Source of the DNA: Gemmatimonadota bacterium
Lineage (GTDB): Bacteria > Gemmatimonadota > Gemmatimonadetes > Gemmatimonadales > GWC2-71-9
Direction of reading: 5' to 3'
DNA length: 12,871 bases
NCBI GenBank assembly: GCA_036679605.1
Contig: JAZDCZ010000384.1
Coordinates: 1 to 12,871 of the forward strand
Part shown: positions 1 through 7,133 of the stretch, in pieces
Numbering within the stretch: position 1 is the stretch's first letter
How the letters are laid out: each line of letters begins with the position of its first letter
Made by a program: the position numbers and the translations under genes
Notes under the pieces: generated by a model
Database searches by the model: none
What the model saw: the letters and a program-made list of their open reading frames with translations, nothing else
Told to the model about the DNA's origin: nothing

Positions 1-453
1 CGTTCCAAGGCAGCAGCCGCTGGGAGCGAAGGCGTATCCTGGGCCCTGGCTGACGCCCTCCGCCTTCCCTTCTCCGAGGCGACGTTCGACTGTGTGACCA
101 ACGCGTTCCTGCTGCGGAACCTTGCAGACCTGCGCGCCGGTTTGGCGGATATGGCCCGCGTCCTCGTGCCGGGCGGCCGTCTTATTTGCTTGGACATGAC
201 ACAGCCCCCGCCGGGCCCGTTCGGATCGATATATCGGCTGTACTTCAACCACCTGGCGCCCCCGCTGGCCGGTGCCATCAGCGGCGACCGCGCGGCGTAC
301 CGCTACCTGCCCAGCTCCCTTGAGGGCTTCCCAGATGCGTCACGCCTGTCCGCTATCCTGACAGATATCGGCCTGACGCAGGTCCGGGTGCGCCGGCTGG
401 GAGGGGGAGCCGTGGCCCTGCATTCGGCCTCCAAGCCGGCTCCCCATCCATAG
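1..453 (+). CDS. menG: Demethylmenaquinone/ubiquinone biosynthesis methyltransferase (UbiE/MenG family), 5'-truncated by the window edge
   Basis: Frame is open from base 1 (RSKAAAAGSEGVSWALADALRLPFSEATFDCVTNAFLLRN...). It carries UbiE-typical segments DALRLPF..FD, LRN..D...L.DMARVL.PGG and AYRYLPSS. Confidence 0.88.
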   Translation, partial: RSKAAAAGSEGVSWALADALRLPFSEATFDCVTNAFLLRNLADLRAGLADMARVLVPGGRLICLDMTQPPPGPFGSIYRLYFNHLAPPLAGAISGDRAAYRYLPSSLEGFPDASRLSAILTDIGLTQVRVRRLGGGAVALHSASKPAPHP

Positions 454-454
454 C

Positions 455-538
455 GCCCGTCCCGCTCTGCGTCCGAATGGCCCCTAACGCGTCGTAGCGG
501 TAGCTGGCAACAACGTTCCCGCTGCCGTCCGACAGTCG
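455..538 (-). pseudogene. Short RHS/YD-repeat protein remnant
   Basis: Minus strand encodes RLSDGSGNVVASYRYDALGAIRTQSGTG, matching the L(T/S)DxxGxVVxxYxYDxxG motif of RHS cores. It has no start or RBS of its own. Confidence 0.6.
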
Positions 539-549
539 GCCGGTGGGCG

Positions 550-2424
550 CTACTCGCGAGCGCGCGAGCGTTTCCGGGCGCGAGCGTGCGCTTTCAGTTC
601 CACCTTGCGCAGGCGGACCGCGACCGGCGTTACCTCCAGGCATTCGTTCTGCCGGATCATCTCGAGCGACTGCTCCAGCGAGAGTGTGGTAGGTGGAGTC
701 ATTTTCTCGGTCGCCTCGGCTGTCGACGAGCGCATGTTCGTCAGCTTCTTCTCCCGCGACGGGTTAACGTCCATGTCCTGCGAGCGTGGACTTTCGCCGA
801 TGATCATCCCTTCGTACACATCAACGCCGGGGCCGACGAACAGTGTGCCCCGTTCCTTTAAGCTCAGCAGCGCGTAAGCGGTAGTCACGCCCCGGCGGTC
901 CGCCACCAGGCTGCCGGTCGACCGCGAACGCACCTCGCCGTGCCATGGCTCGTAGCCGTGGAACACGTGGTGCAGCAGCCCGGTTCCCCGCGTCTCGGTC
1001 TGAAACTGGGTGTGGAAGCCAATGAGCCCGCGCGAAGGAATGATGTAGTCGAGCCGGACGCGACCGCCGGTTCCATGGTCGATAGTCTTCTGGCGGTAAC
1101 CCTTGCGCATCGCCATGAGCCGTGTGGCCACACTGACGTACTCCCGTGGCACGTCCAGCGAGAGCATTTCAACCGGCTCGTGTAGCTGACCGTCTATCTC
1201 GCGCGTGACCACTTCAGGGCGGCCGACGGTGAGTTCGAACCCTTCGCGGCGCATCGTCTCCACCAGGACCGCCAGCTGCAGCTCGCCCCGACCCTGCACG
1301 GTCCACGCATCCGGCCGATTCAAGGGTAGGACGCGAATCGAGACGTTCCCTATCTGCTCGGCGTCCAGTCGGTTCTTCATAATCCTCGCGGTCAGCAATG
1401 TGCCCTCGCGTCCGGCCAGTGGCGATGTGTTGATGCCTATGGTGACCGAGAGGCTTGGCTCGTCAACGCGGATTACCGGCAGCGGTTTAGGGTTGATCGG
1501 ATCGGCTAGCGTCTCGCCGATAGTGATGTCGGGGAAGCCGGCTACGGCAATTATTTCGCCCGGGCCGGCTTCCTCAGCGCTTATCCGTTCCAGCACCTCG
1601 GTCACGTAGAGCTCAGCGACCTTCGCAAGTTCGATGCTGCCATCCTGGCGGCACCAGGCGACTGTCTGGCCGGGTCGGATCTTACCCTGCACCACGCGGC
1701 ACAGCGCCAGCCGACCGACATAGGGCGATGAGTCGAAGTTAGTGACGAGCGCTTGTAGCCCGTGGTCTGGATCATAGGCAGGCGCCGGAACACGCGAAAC
1801 CAATACGTCGAACAGCGGGTGCAGGTCCTCGCCGGTAACGTTCGGGTCTAGTGACGCCTGGCCGGTTCGCGCATTGCAATAGACGATGGGGAAGTCGAAC
1901 TGTTCTTCGTTGGCGTCGAGCTCAAGGAACAGCTCGTAAACTTCGTCGACCACTTGGGCGACGCGACTATCGGCGCGGTCAACCTTGTTTACCACCAGGA
2001 TAATCGGCAGATGGGCCTCGAGTGCCTTCCGTAGCACGAACCGAGTTTGCGGTAACGGTCCCTCGGTGGCGTCTACCAATAGTAGCGCGCCATCGACCAT
2101 CGTAAGGCCCCGCTCGACCTCGCCGCCAAAATCGGCGTGGCCCGGCGTGTCAACTATGTTGATCTTCACGTCGCCGTACCGCACGCTGGCGCTCTTGGCG
2201 AGAATTGTGATCCCCTTCTCGCGCTCCAGGTCGGCGGAGTCGAGCACGCGGTCAGGGAGTTCCAGCCGCGCGTCTAGCTGGCCAGATTGTCGGAGCATGG
2301 CGTCCACCAAGGTGGTCTTACCATGGTCCACGTGGGCAATGATCGCCACGTTCCGAAGGTCATTCCGAAAGGCATTGGCGCGTCCTGACGCCGGCTTCGT
2401 GCCGGATCGCATACTGTTGGACAT
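550..2424 (-). CDS. typA: Translational GTPase TypA/BipA
   Basis: G1 AHVDHGKTT, EREKGITI, G3 DTPGHADFGGEVER, G4 NKVD, GRGELQL, and C-terminal KKLTNMRSS. Start placed at ATG 2424 (MSNSMR), downstream of GGAGA; the ORF track's first 40 aa are probably not translated. Confidence 0.96.
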   Translation of the reverse strand: MSNSMRSGTKPASGRANAFRNDLRNVAIIAHVDHGKTTLVDAMLRQSGQLDARLELPDRVLDSADLEREKGITILAKSASVRYGDVKINIVDTPGHADFGGEVERGLTMVDGALLLVDATEGPLPQTRFVLRKALEAHLPIILVVNKVDRADSRVAQVVDEVYELFLELDANEEQFDFPIVYCNARTGQASLDPNVTGEDLHPLFDVLVSRVPAPAYDPDHGLQALVTNFDSSPYVGRLALCRVVQGKIRPGQTVAWCRQDGSIELAKVAELYVTEVLERISAEEAGPGEIIAVAGFPDITIGETLADPINPKPLPVIRVDEPSLSVTIGINTSPLAGREGTLLTARIMKNRLDAEQIGNVSIRVLPLNRPDAWTVQGRGELQLAVLVETMRREGFELTVGRPEVVTREIDGQLHEPVEMLSLDVPREYVSVATRLMAMRKGYRQKTIDHGTGGRVRLDYIIPSRGLIGFHTQFQTETRGTGLLHHVFHGYEPWHGEVRSRSTGSLVADRRGVTTAYALLSLKERGTLFVGPGVDVYEGMIIGESPRSQDMDVNPSREKKLTNMRSSTAEATEKMTPPTTLSLEQSLEMIRQNECLEVTPVAVRLRKVELKAHARARKRSRARE

Positions 2425-2584
2425 ATCCGTACATTTTCTCCCTGCGAACCTAATCATTAAATGTCGTGTGTAATCAGCGTAACATCGGCCGGGCGTGGAG
2501 TGCCAATATTGCAGCCGCTGTGTTTCCACTCGTCGTGGAGCCACTCACTCGTACTCGTGGTGCAGACCAGCGGGGTGCCGAAAA

Positions 2585-2625
2585 CAGATACGAAATCTGG
2601 AGGGCCCGGTGGGTTCGGACCGACG
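2585..2625 (-). repeat. Degenerate copy of a tRNA-Lys 3' end plus 12-nt flank (att-like), direct repeat of 11256-11298
   Basis: cagatacgaaatctggagggcccggtggg (2585-2613) versus cagatacgaaattttggagggtccggtggg (11256-11285): 27 of 30 columns identical. Minus strand reads cccac-cgggccc-t-cca (T-stem, acceptor strand, CCA). Confidence 0.7.
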
Positions 2626-2648
2626 CCCAACGTGTGGGGTTCGTAACT

Positions 2649-2719
2649 AGGAGGCACAGCGCACAGAGCGGAACGTCTCGAAAACCGCGCGTCGCGGGTT
2701 CGAGTCCTCCTGTCCCTGC
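2649..2719 (+). pseudogene. Degenerate tRNA (tRNA-Trp-like relic)
   Basis: agg...cagagc...tctcgaaaaccg...ggttcgagtcctcctgtccctg resembles tRNA-Trp (tctccaaaaccg; ggaggttcgagtcctcctgcccctg). The stems are mismatched, the D-arm is shortened and the anticodon reads CGA. Confidence 0.5.
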
Positions 2720-2804
2720 GAGATATATTTCCCTCTCCATGAGGCTCGAAACGACCGCACGGACAACGTGGTGGCGATCTCCGCGAGGGGCTCCGTTTCG
2801 ATAT

Positions 2805-3137
2805 CTATCTGAGCCTACTCGCGCCAGTCATAGGCAGCGGGCAGTATCCCCTGTCCGGTCGGATGCGGAACTTCCTGCCTACGATCCCAGTTCCCATGGC
2901 GGGGATCGGTATGATCCAGCGTCCTGCGCACTGGACGGGGAATCCGTGGGTGGCCCGTGGGCACCCTCCAGATTGGTCTGGCCCCCGGCAGCCGTCCGTG
3001 ATGATTTGTCCGGCTTCGTCACAGATCAAGGCGTGCATCTTCTTTGGCCTTACCTTTGGGCTGACTGCCCAGGCGAAGTAGAGGGGTATGGCAGTCAACA
3101 ATGTCGCTGCACCGGCCACGAAGTATAGAGTCTCCAT
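2805..3137 (-). CDS. Hypothetical membrane-anchored Cys-rich protein (possible metal/Fe-S binding)
   Basis: Strong RBS aggagg before the ATG, N-terminal hydrophobic helix (LYFVAGAATLLTAIPLYFAWAV), and Cys pattern C..CRGP..CP..CAG..CP. Confidence 0.75.
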   Translation of the reverse strand: METLYFVAGAATLLTAIPLYFAWAVSPKVRPKKMHALICDEAGQIITDGCRGPDQSGGCPRATHGFPVQCAGRWIIPIPAMGTGIVGRKFRIRPDRGYCPLPMTGASRLR

Positions 3138-4182
3138 TTAGGCGCCTCCTGTCCTTCTGGCTACTCCGCGCTAACCGGCTGGTCCCACGAGCGCGATATG
3201 GAGTTGGTGCACGCCGGGTCCCTCGCCACTACTGAGCATACGGTGCATTCTGTCCGCTGTCTGTCAGGTAAACTTGGGAACCTGTGTGGGGGAGAGCCCT
3301 ATTGCGCTGTGACGGTTTGTGGTAGAAGGCAGACTACTATCGGGCAGGCGCGTGTGGCCGATAAGCGCCCCAAACGTGGCGCCGGGAAAAGGCCATCGCC
3401 GTGACTATGTCGTCAGCGGCGCCGTTCGGGGTAAGCTGCTCCGTAAAGAACCGCGTCGCCATGGGTGGAGAAAACGCGAAATGACGTTGTCGGCATGCTA
3501 GGTTACGGAGCGGGGTGCGGCGGAGGAGGTGCCCTTGATTCAGGCTTGTGTAGAGATCGTCCGTGTGGGTATGGGGAGCACTGTTCGACGGATGACCTCT
3601 GATCGTGGCCCCTCCTCCGCCCGCGGTGCGCTCCCGAGTTCGTGCCTTAACCCAAAGGGAGGTCGCAAGCGAGACTGCGGGTTCGCGGGAGCGCGGCAAC
3701 CTCGGCGGACCGCTCGATTTTCGCCGAGGACGTCTTTGCTTGTAACAGCCACGGGCGCCTATGGCAATTGGCCATAGTATCAAAAGTGCGTCGGCGAGTC
3801 TGTCATTTCCACTAGCGCCCTGTCCGACACGTGGGCCTACAACGATCTACCGATCTCAGAACCCCTCCGGGCCGTTGCACCAGAGCACCAGTCGGCCGTT
3901 CTATCAAGTCAGCTCTGAAGCGGCGCGAACCGCGCGGCTTTGGCCGCTTTCCTAGATAGCGACTAAGCCGTTTCCCGAGAGCGAACGCACGCTCTCCGTA
4001 TTGTTACGGACGTTTCGATGGTAGCCTAGGCGAACTTGAATCTAGGTGATAGGCCGCCCCGGTCCGGAGGGTTCACACTTCCGCCTCGAACCCTTGACCA
4101 CCTTGCCGATTGCAGAGCGAGTTCCAGATGCTACCTTAGTGTCAGTCGCTATGCTATATCAGGAGGAGGTCTGAAGTAGATC

Positions 4183-4512
4183 ATGGCGGGGGTGTTTATC
4201 CTATACGAACACCGGCTCTTCAGTGATATCATGTCCAACATACTCGGAGAAGATAACGTAGTCGGTGCCGTTGGCCGGCCTGAAACCCCCTTGTCTGCTG
4301 TTGTCGAGGAGATCGGTAGAACTCGGCCCAGTATCGTCATTGTCGAGGCCGACGCTAATGGAAGTAGCGCTTGGCACATCACGCTGGCCAGCGGCGAGCC
4401 TCGCCGGGTAGTGGTGTTGGACGTGGAGCGCGGCGTGATTCGCGACTACGCCGTGCGAACCACAACCGTCGATAGCGTGGATGAGCTACTGCTCTTCCTG
4501 CGGCGTCGGTGA
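4183..4512 (+). CDS. Stand-alone atypical (pseudo-)receiver domain protein
   Basis: RBS aggaggagg upstream. Sequence follows the NarL-type REC layout (VFILYEHRLF...VVG...RPSIVIVE...RVVVL), with Glu where the phospho-Asp is expected. Confidence 0.65.
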   Translation: MAGVFILYEHRLFSDIMSNILGEDNVVGAVGRPETPLSAVVEEIGRTRPSIVIVEADANGSSAWHITLASGEPRRVVVLDVERGVIRDYAVRTTTVDSVDELLLFLRRR

Positions 4513-4658
4513 GGAAGGGCCCCAGACCGCGTTCAATCAGGCGGCTCGCGGGGCGTCCTCGCGGTTGAATCTCTGGTGGACTGGACGGCGACTGTTGACT
4601 CAGACTGACCTCAACGAAATAAGGTAACTGGGCAGTCTCAGCTCTGAACAGACAGGTT

Positions 4659-6530
4659 CTACGTACTAAACTCCGGCGTGAGCACGCCGAGTTTTTGAGC
4701 CCTCATGATGGCTTCGGTCCGGCTCTCCGCCCGTAGCTTTTCATAAAGGTGAGTTATATGGTATTTGATCGTAGCCTCGGTCAGCTTCAACTCGCGTGCG
4801 ATCTCCTTGTCGCGTCGGCCAGCAGCGATGAGGTGAAGCACCTCCGTTTCCCTTTGGGATAGGGTTTCCGTGCCGGCCCCCTGGTCCGCGTCGCCTAGCG
4901 TCATCACGAAGTCGGTACTGGCCGCAGGATGAAGCAACATCTCGCCCCGATGAACGGCGCGGATCGCGTCCACCAGAGCTGATCCGGTTACGTCCTTGGG
5001 TAAGTAGGCGCGCGCTCCGGCCACGAGAGCCTTGCGAACGAGGTCGCTTCCCCTGTTAGCACTGAGAATGAGTGAGCGCGTGTTCGAATTTTGAGCGCTG
5101 AGCCTTGCGACCAGCTCGATTCCGTTCATTCCGGGAAGGTGCGTGTCGACGAGCACGACGTCTGGTCGCAAGAGATTCGCCTTCTCGAGCGCCTCGTCTG
5201 CGTTGGCCGCGTCGGCAACCACCTCTATCCCGGGAGCATGTTCCATTATCTGTCTGAGACCCTGGCGAAACAGCGATTGACTGTCCGCTATTAGGATCAT
5301 CACGGGCGGGCTCGAGTGGGACTGATTCGCCCCTCCCGGCCGCGGAGCTGCGGTCTCGACCTCGTCATTCGGAATCTCTACCGCCAGAGTAGTCCCCTGG
5401 CCGGGCGCCGATTCTATCGAGAGGTCACCACCGGCGAGCCGCGCCCGCTCACGGGCGCCGGCAATTCCGCCGCTACTTCCTCCGCCATTCTGATCGAAGA
5501 TCGGAGATGGATCGAACCCCACGCCATCGTCGGATATCGTCATCTTGACCGCGTCCGGCTCATATGCGAGATGGACATTGACCTCGTTGGCCTTGGCGTG
5601 CGTGCGGACGTTGGCCACCGCTTCCCGAGCGATGCAGTGTAAGGCGAACTCCACCTTTCTCGGCAGGCGCCTAGGATGACCCTCCGAGACGAAGCCGACG
5701 GAAATGCCCGTCGATTCCAGGCTCCTGGACTCGCGGAGAACCGCTTCATTCACAAACGAGGGCTCTGAATCCGGCCGGGACGCCAAGACCAATTGTCGCG
5801 CGTCATCTAGACATTGCTGAGACGAGCGATGGGCCTGCCTAATCTCCGATTGGGCCGCCCTGAGATCGGACTGCAAACGACGCTCCGCCAATTCAAGATG
5901 GAGCACGATTCTCAGCAGCGACTGGACGACGGCGTCGTGAACCTGCCGAGCCAGGCGGCTTCTCTCTTCCATCCGCGTGAGTTCCGTGCTCTCCTCGAGC
6001 ATCCAAGCATGCGCTACCACGACACCGATAGGACCAGCCATCTCCATCGCATGCCCAAGTTCGTCCCCGGAGAAAGCTCCTGCCTCTCTTCGCCCCAAGT
6101 CCAACGTTCCTATTGGTCGGCCCCTTGACGTAAGCGGCAACACCATCATCGACTGAAGGTCGCCGTTCCCTAGCGGTAGATCTTCATGGGTGTGGAGACC
6201 CTGTTTGTTGACGTCATCGTAGACGATGGGATGGCCTAAGAGGATGGCTCGGCCCAGGGCTGATTCGCCGACGAGCACCCCAGTTCCCTGCGGTGAGAAT
6301 ACTTGATCGTCAACCACGCAGAAGCGCGTGTACAGTTGTTCTCCGTGCTCACTGGAGAGGGAGATTCTGAATCGATCGTGGTCTATTCGCCGTCTGACCA
6401 GTCTTGCCAGCTGCGCGAAGAGATCTTCTGGGTCAAGAGTTGAGAGCCCCAGAAGGAGGACGTCGTCATAGGGTGACACAGGTGAGGCCCCCGAATAGGG
6501 CCGTCGCACTGCGGTATCGGTACTGCTCAT
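4659..6530 (-). CDS. Soluble hybrid GAF sensor histidine kinase / NarL-family response regulator (GAF-HisKA_3-HATPase_c-REC-LuxR HTH)
   Basis: GAF segment (SMMVLPLTSRGRPIGTL), H-box ERSRLARQVHD, N-box EAVANVRTHA, DDGVGF, SAPGQGT, REC PDVVLVD..LPGMNG..YLPKD, and LuxR HTH LSQRETEVL..G..DKEIARELKLTEATIKYH. No transmembrane segment is evident. Confidence 0.93.
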   Translation of the reverse strand: MSSTDTAVRRPYSGASPVSPYDDVLLLGLSTLDPEDLFAQLARLVRRRIDHDRFRISLSSEHGEQLYTRFCVVDDQVFSPQGTGVLVGESALGRAILLGHPIVYDDVNKQGLHTHEDLPLGNGDLQSMMVLPLTSRGRPIGTLDLGRREAGAFSGDELGHAMEMAGPIGVVVAHAWMLEESTELTRMEERSRLARQVHDAVVQSLLRIVLHLELAERRLQSDLRAAQSEIRQAHRSSQQCLDDARQLVLASRPDSEPSFVNEAVLRESRSLESTGISVGFVSEGHPRRLPRKVEFALHCIAREAVANVRTHAKANEVNVHLAYEPDAVKMTISDDGVGFDPSPIFDQNGGGSSGGIAGARERARLAGGDLSIESAPGQGTTLAVEIPNDEVETAAPRPGGANQSHSSPPVMILIADSQSLFRQGLRQIMEHAPGIEVVADAANADEALEKANLLRPDVVLVDTHLPGMNGIELVARLSAQNSNTRSLILSANRGSDLVRKALVAGARAYLPKDVTGSALVDAIRAVHRGEMLLHPAASTDFVMTLGDADQGAGTETLSQRETEVLHLIAAGRRDKEIARELKLTEATIKYHITHLYEKLRAESRTEAIMRAQKLGVLTPEFST

Positions 6531-6569
6531 AACGTCCTATTCTAGGGCACATCAGCGGGGACAAGCCCC

Positions 6570-6842
6570 TCAGCTCGCCACCCGCCGGATCCGGGAGTCT
6601 GGCAAATCTTCTTGAAGTGATTCTGACCCCGACACCATTCCCAACTGTAGTGCGCGAGCGACCGCGTGCACCCGGTTCGTGACGCCCAGCTTGCGCGTCA
6701 CCGTCCGCAGATGCGCGCGAACGGTGCTTTCCGAGACGAAGAGGCTGCGGGCGATCTCCTTATTGGTCAATCCCTGCGCCAGCGTCTGAAGGACCTGCGC
6801 CTCACGTGCCGTCAAGGGATCCGGTAGTAATTTCCGGGGCAA
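6570..6842 (-). CDS. Solo LuxR-type HTH regulator, possibly 5'-truncated by the IS
   Basis: PLTAREAQVLQTLAQGLTNKEIARSLFVSESTVRAHL...KLGVTNR is a canonical LuxR C-terminal domain. The annotated TTG start lies inside the IS left TIR. Confidence 0.85.
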   Translation of the reverse strand: MPRKLLPDPLTAREAQVLQTLAQGLTNKEIARSLFVSESTVRAHLRTVTRKLGVTNRVHAVARALQLGMVSGSESLQEDLPDSRIRRVAS

Positions 6843-6849
6843 TTATCCC

Positions 6850-6878
6850 TTGACAGTAGGTAGTTAACCTGCTAGGCT
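6850..6878 (+). promoter_or_regulatory. Putative sigma70 promoter P1, partly inside the left TIR
   Basis: TTGACA (6850-6855), 17 bp spacer, TAGGCT (6873-6878). Confidence 0.5.
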
Positions 6879-6879
6879 C

Positions 6880-6908
6880 TTGTTGTGGGTAGACGTTGTA
6901 GGTATAAT
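6880..6908 (+). promoter_or_regulatory. Putative sigma70 promoter P2 for the IS leader/sORF
   Basis: TTGTTG (6880-6885), 17 bp spacer, TATAAT (6903-6908). Predicted +1 is near 6915, where the inverted repeat begins. Confidence 0.55.
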
Positions 6909-6914
6909 GGGGTG

Positions 6915-7115
6915 TGACATGGGACGACAGAATCGCGACGAAAGGAGACCGAGCCAATGGCGAAATGTCGTCCCACGCGCACACGTAGGACTGGCCGGAA
7001 AGCCATCCGCGTTAGGGCTCACGCCCGACGTAAGCCGAAGCCAATCGGCAAAGCCTGCTAGGAATACCATCCTAGCACATCCATCCAGCTTCTAGCCGCC
7101 TGTCGTCCCATGTCA
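6915..7115 (+). repeat. Perfect 16-bp long-range inverted repeat enclosing the sORF
   Basis: tgacatgggacgacag (6915-6930) pairs with ctgtcgtcccatgtca (7100-7115). An extra internal partner tgtcgtccca lies at 6966-6975. Confidence 0.85.
6957..7061 (+). CDS. Small basic protein/leader peptide, 34 aa (MAKCRPTRTRRTGRKAIRVRAHARRKPKPIGKAC)
   Basis: RBS aaaggag at 6941-6947, ATG 6957, TAG 7059-7061. 14 of 34 residues are K/R and none is acidic. An 8-bp hairpin (7056-7077) overlaps the stop. Absent from the supplied ORF track. Confidence 0.6.
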   Translation: MAKCRPTRTRRTGRKAIRVRAHARRKPKPIGKAC

Positions 7116-7133
7116 ACTAAGAGAGGTAGCGCC

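Noticed and set aside
586..2473. Several + strand and alternate-frame ORFs overlapping typA
   Set aside because: Antisense or shadow frames of a conserved GC-rich gene, with no recognisable motifs. The same applies to those over the kinase, LLM, P450 and katG genes.
2425..2544. N-terminal 40-aa extension of TypA in the ORF track
   Set aside because: Not TypA-like, and a better start with an RBS exists at 2424.
2649..2719. Functional tRNA-Ser(CGA)
   Set aside because: No long variable arm, and the acceptor, D and T stems do not pair properly.
2466..3128. 220-aa + strand ORF
   Set aside because: Low-information Arg/Ala-rich translation that runs through tRNA relics and is antisense to the better-supported 2805-3137 gene.
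3198..3955. Short ORFs in the intergenic region
   Set aside because: Mutually overlapping with no recognisable domains. Only 3529-3777 has a nearby ggagg, and it directly abuts the GTG start.
6864..7095. ORFs 6880-7095 (+) and 6864-7070 (-)
   Set aside because: No RBS and they overlap the promoter. The 6957-7061 frame has a clear RBS and a distinctive composition.
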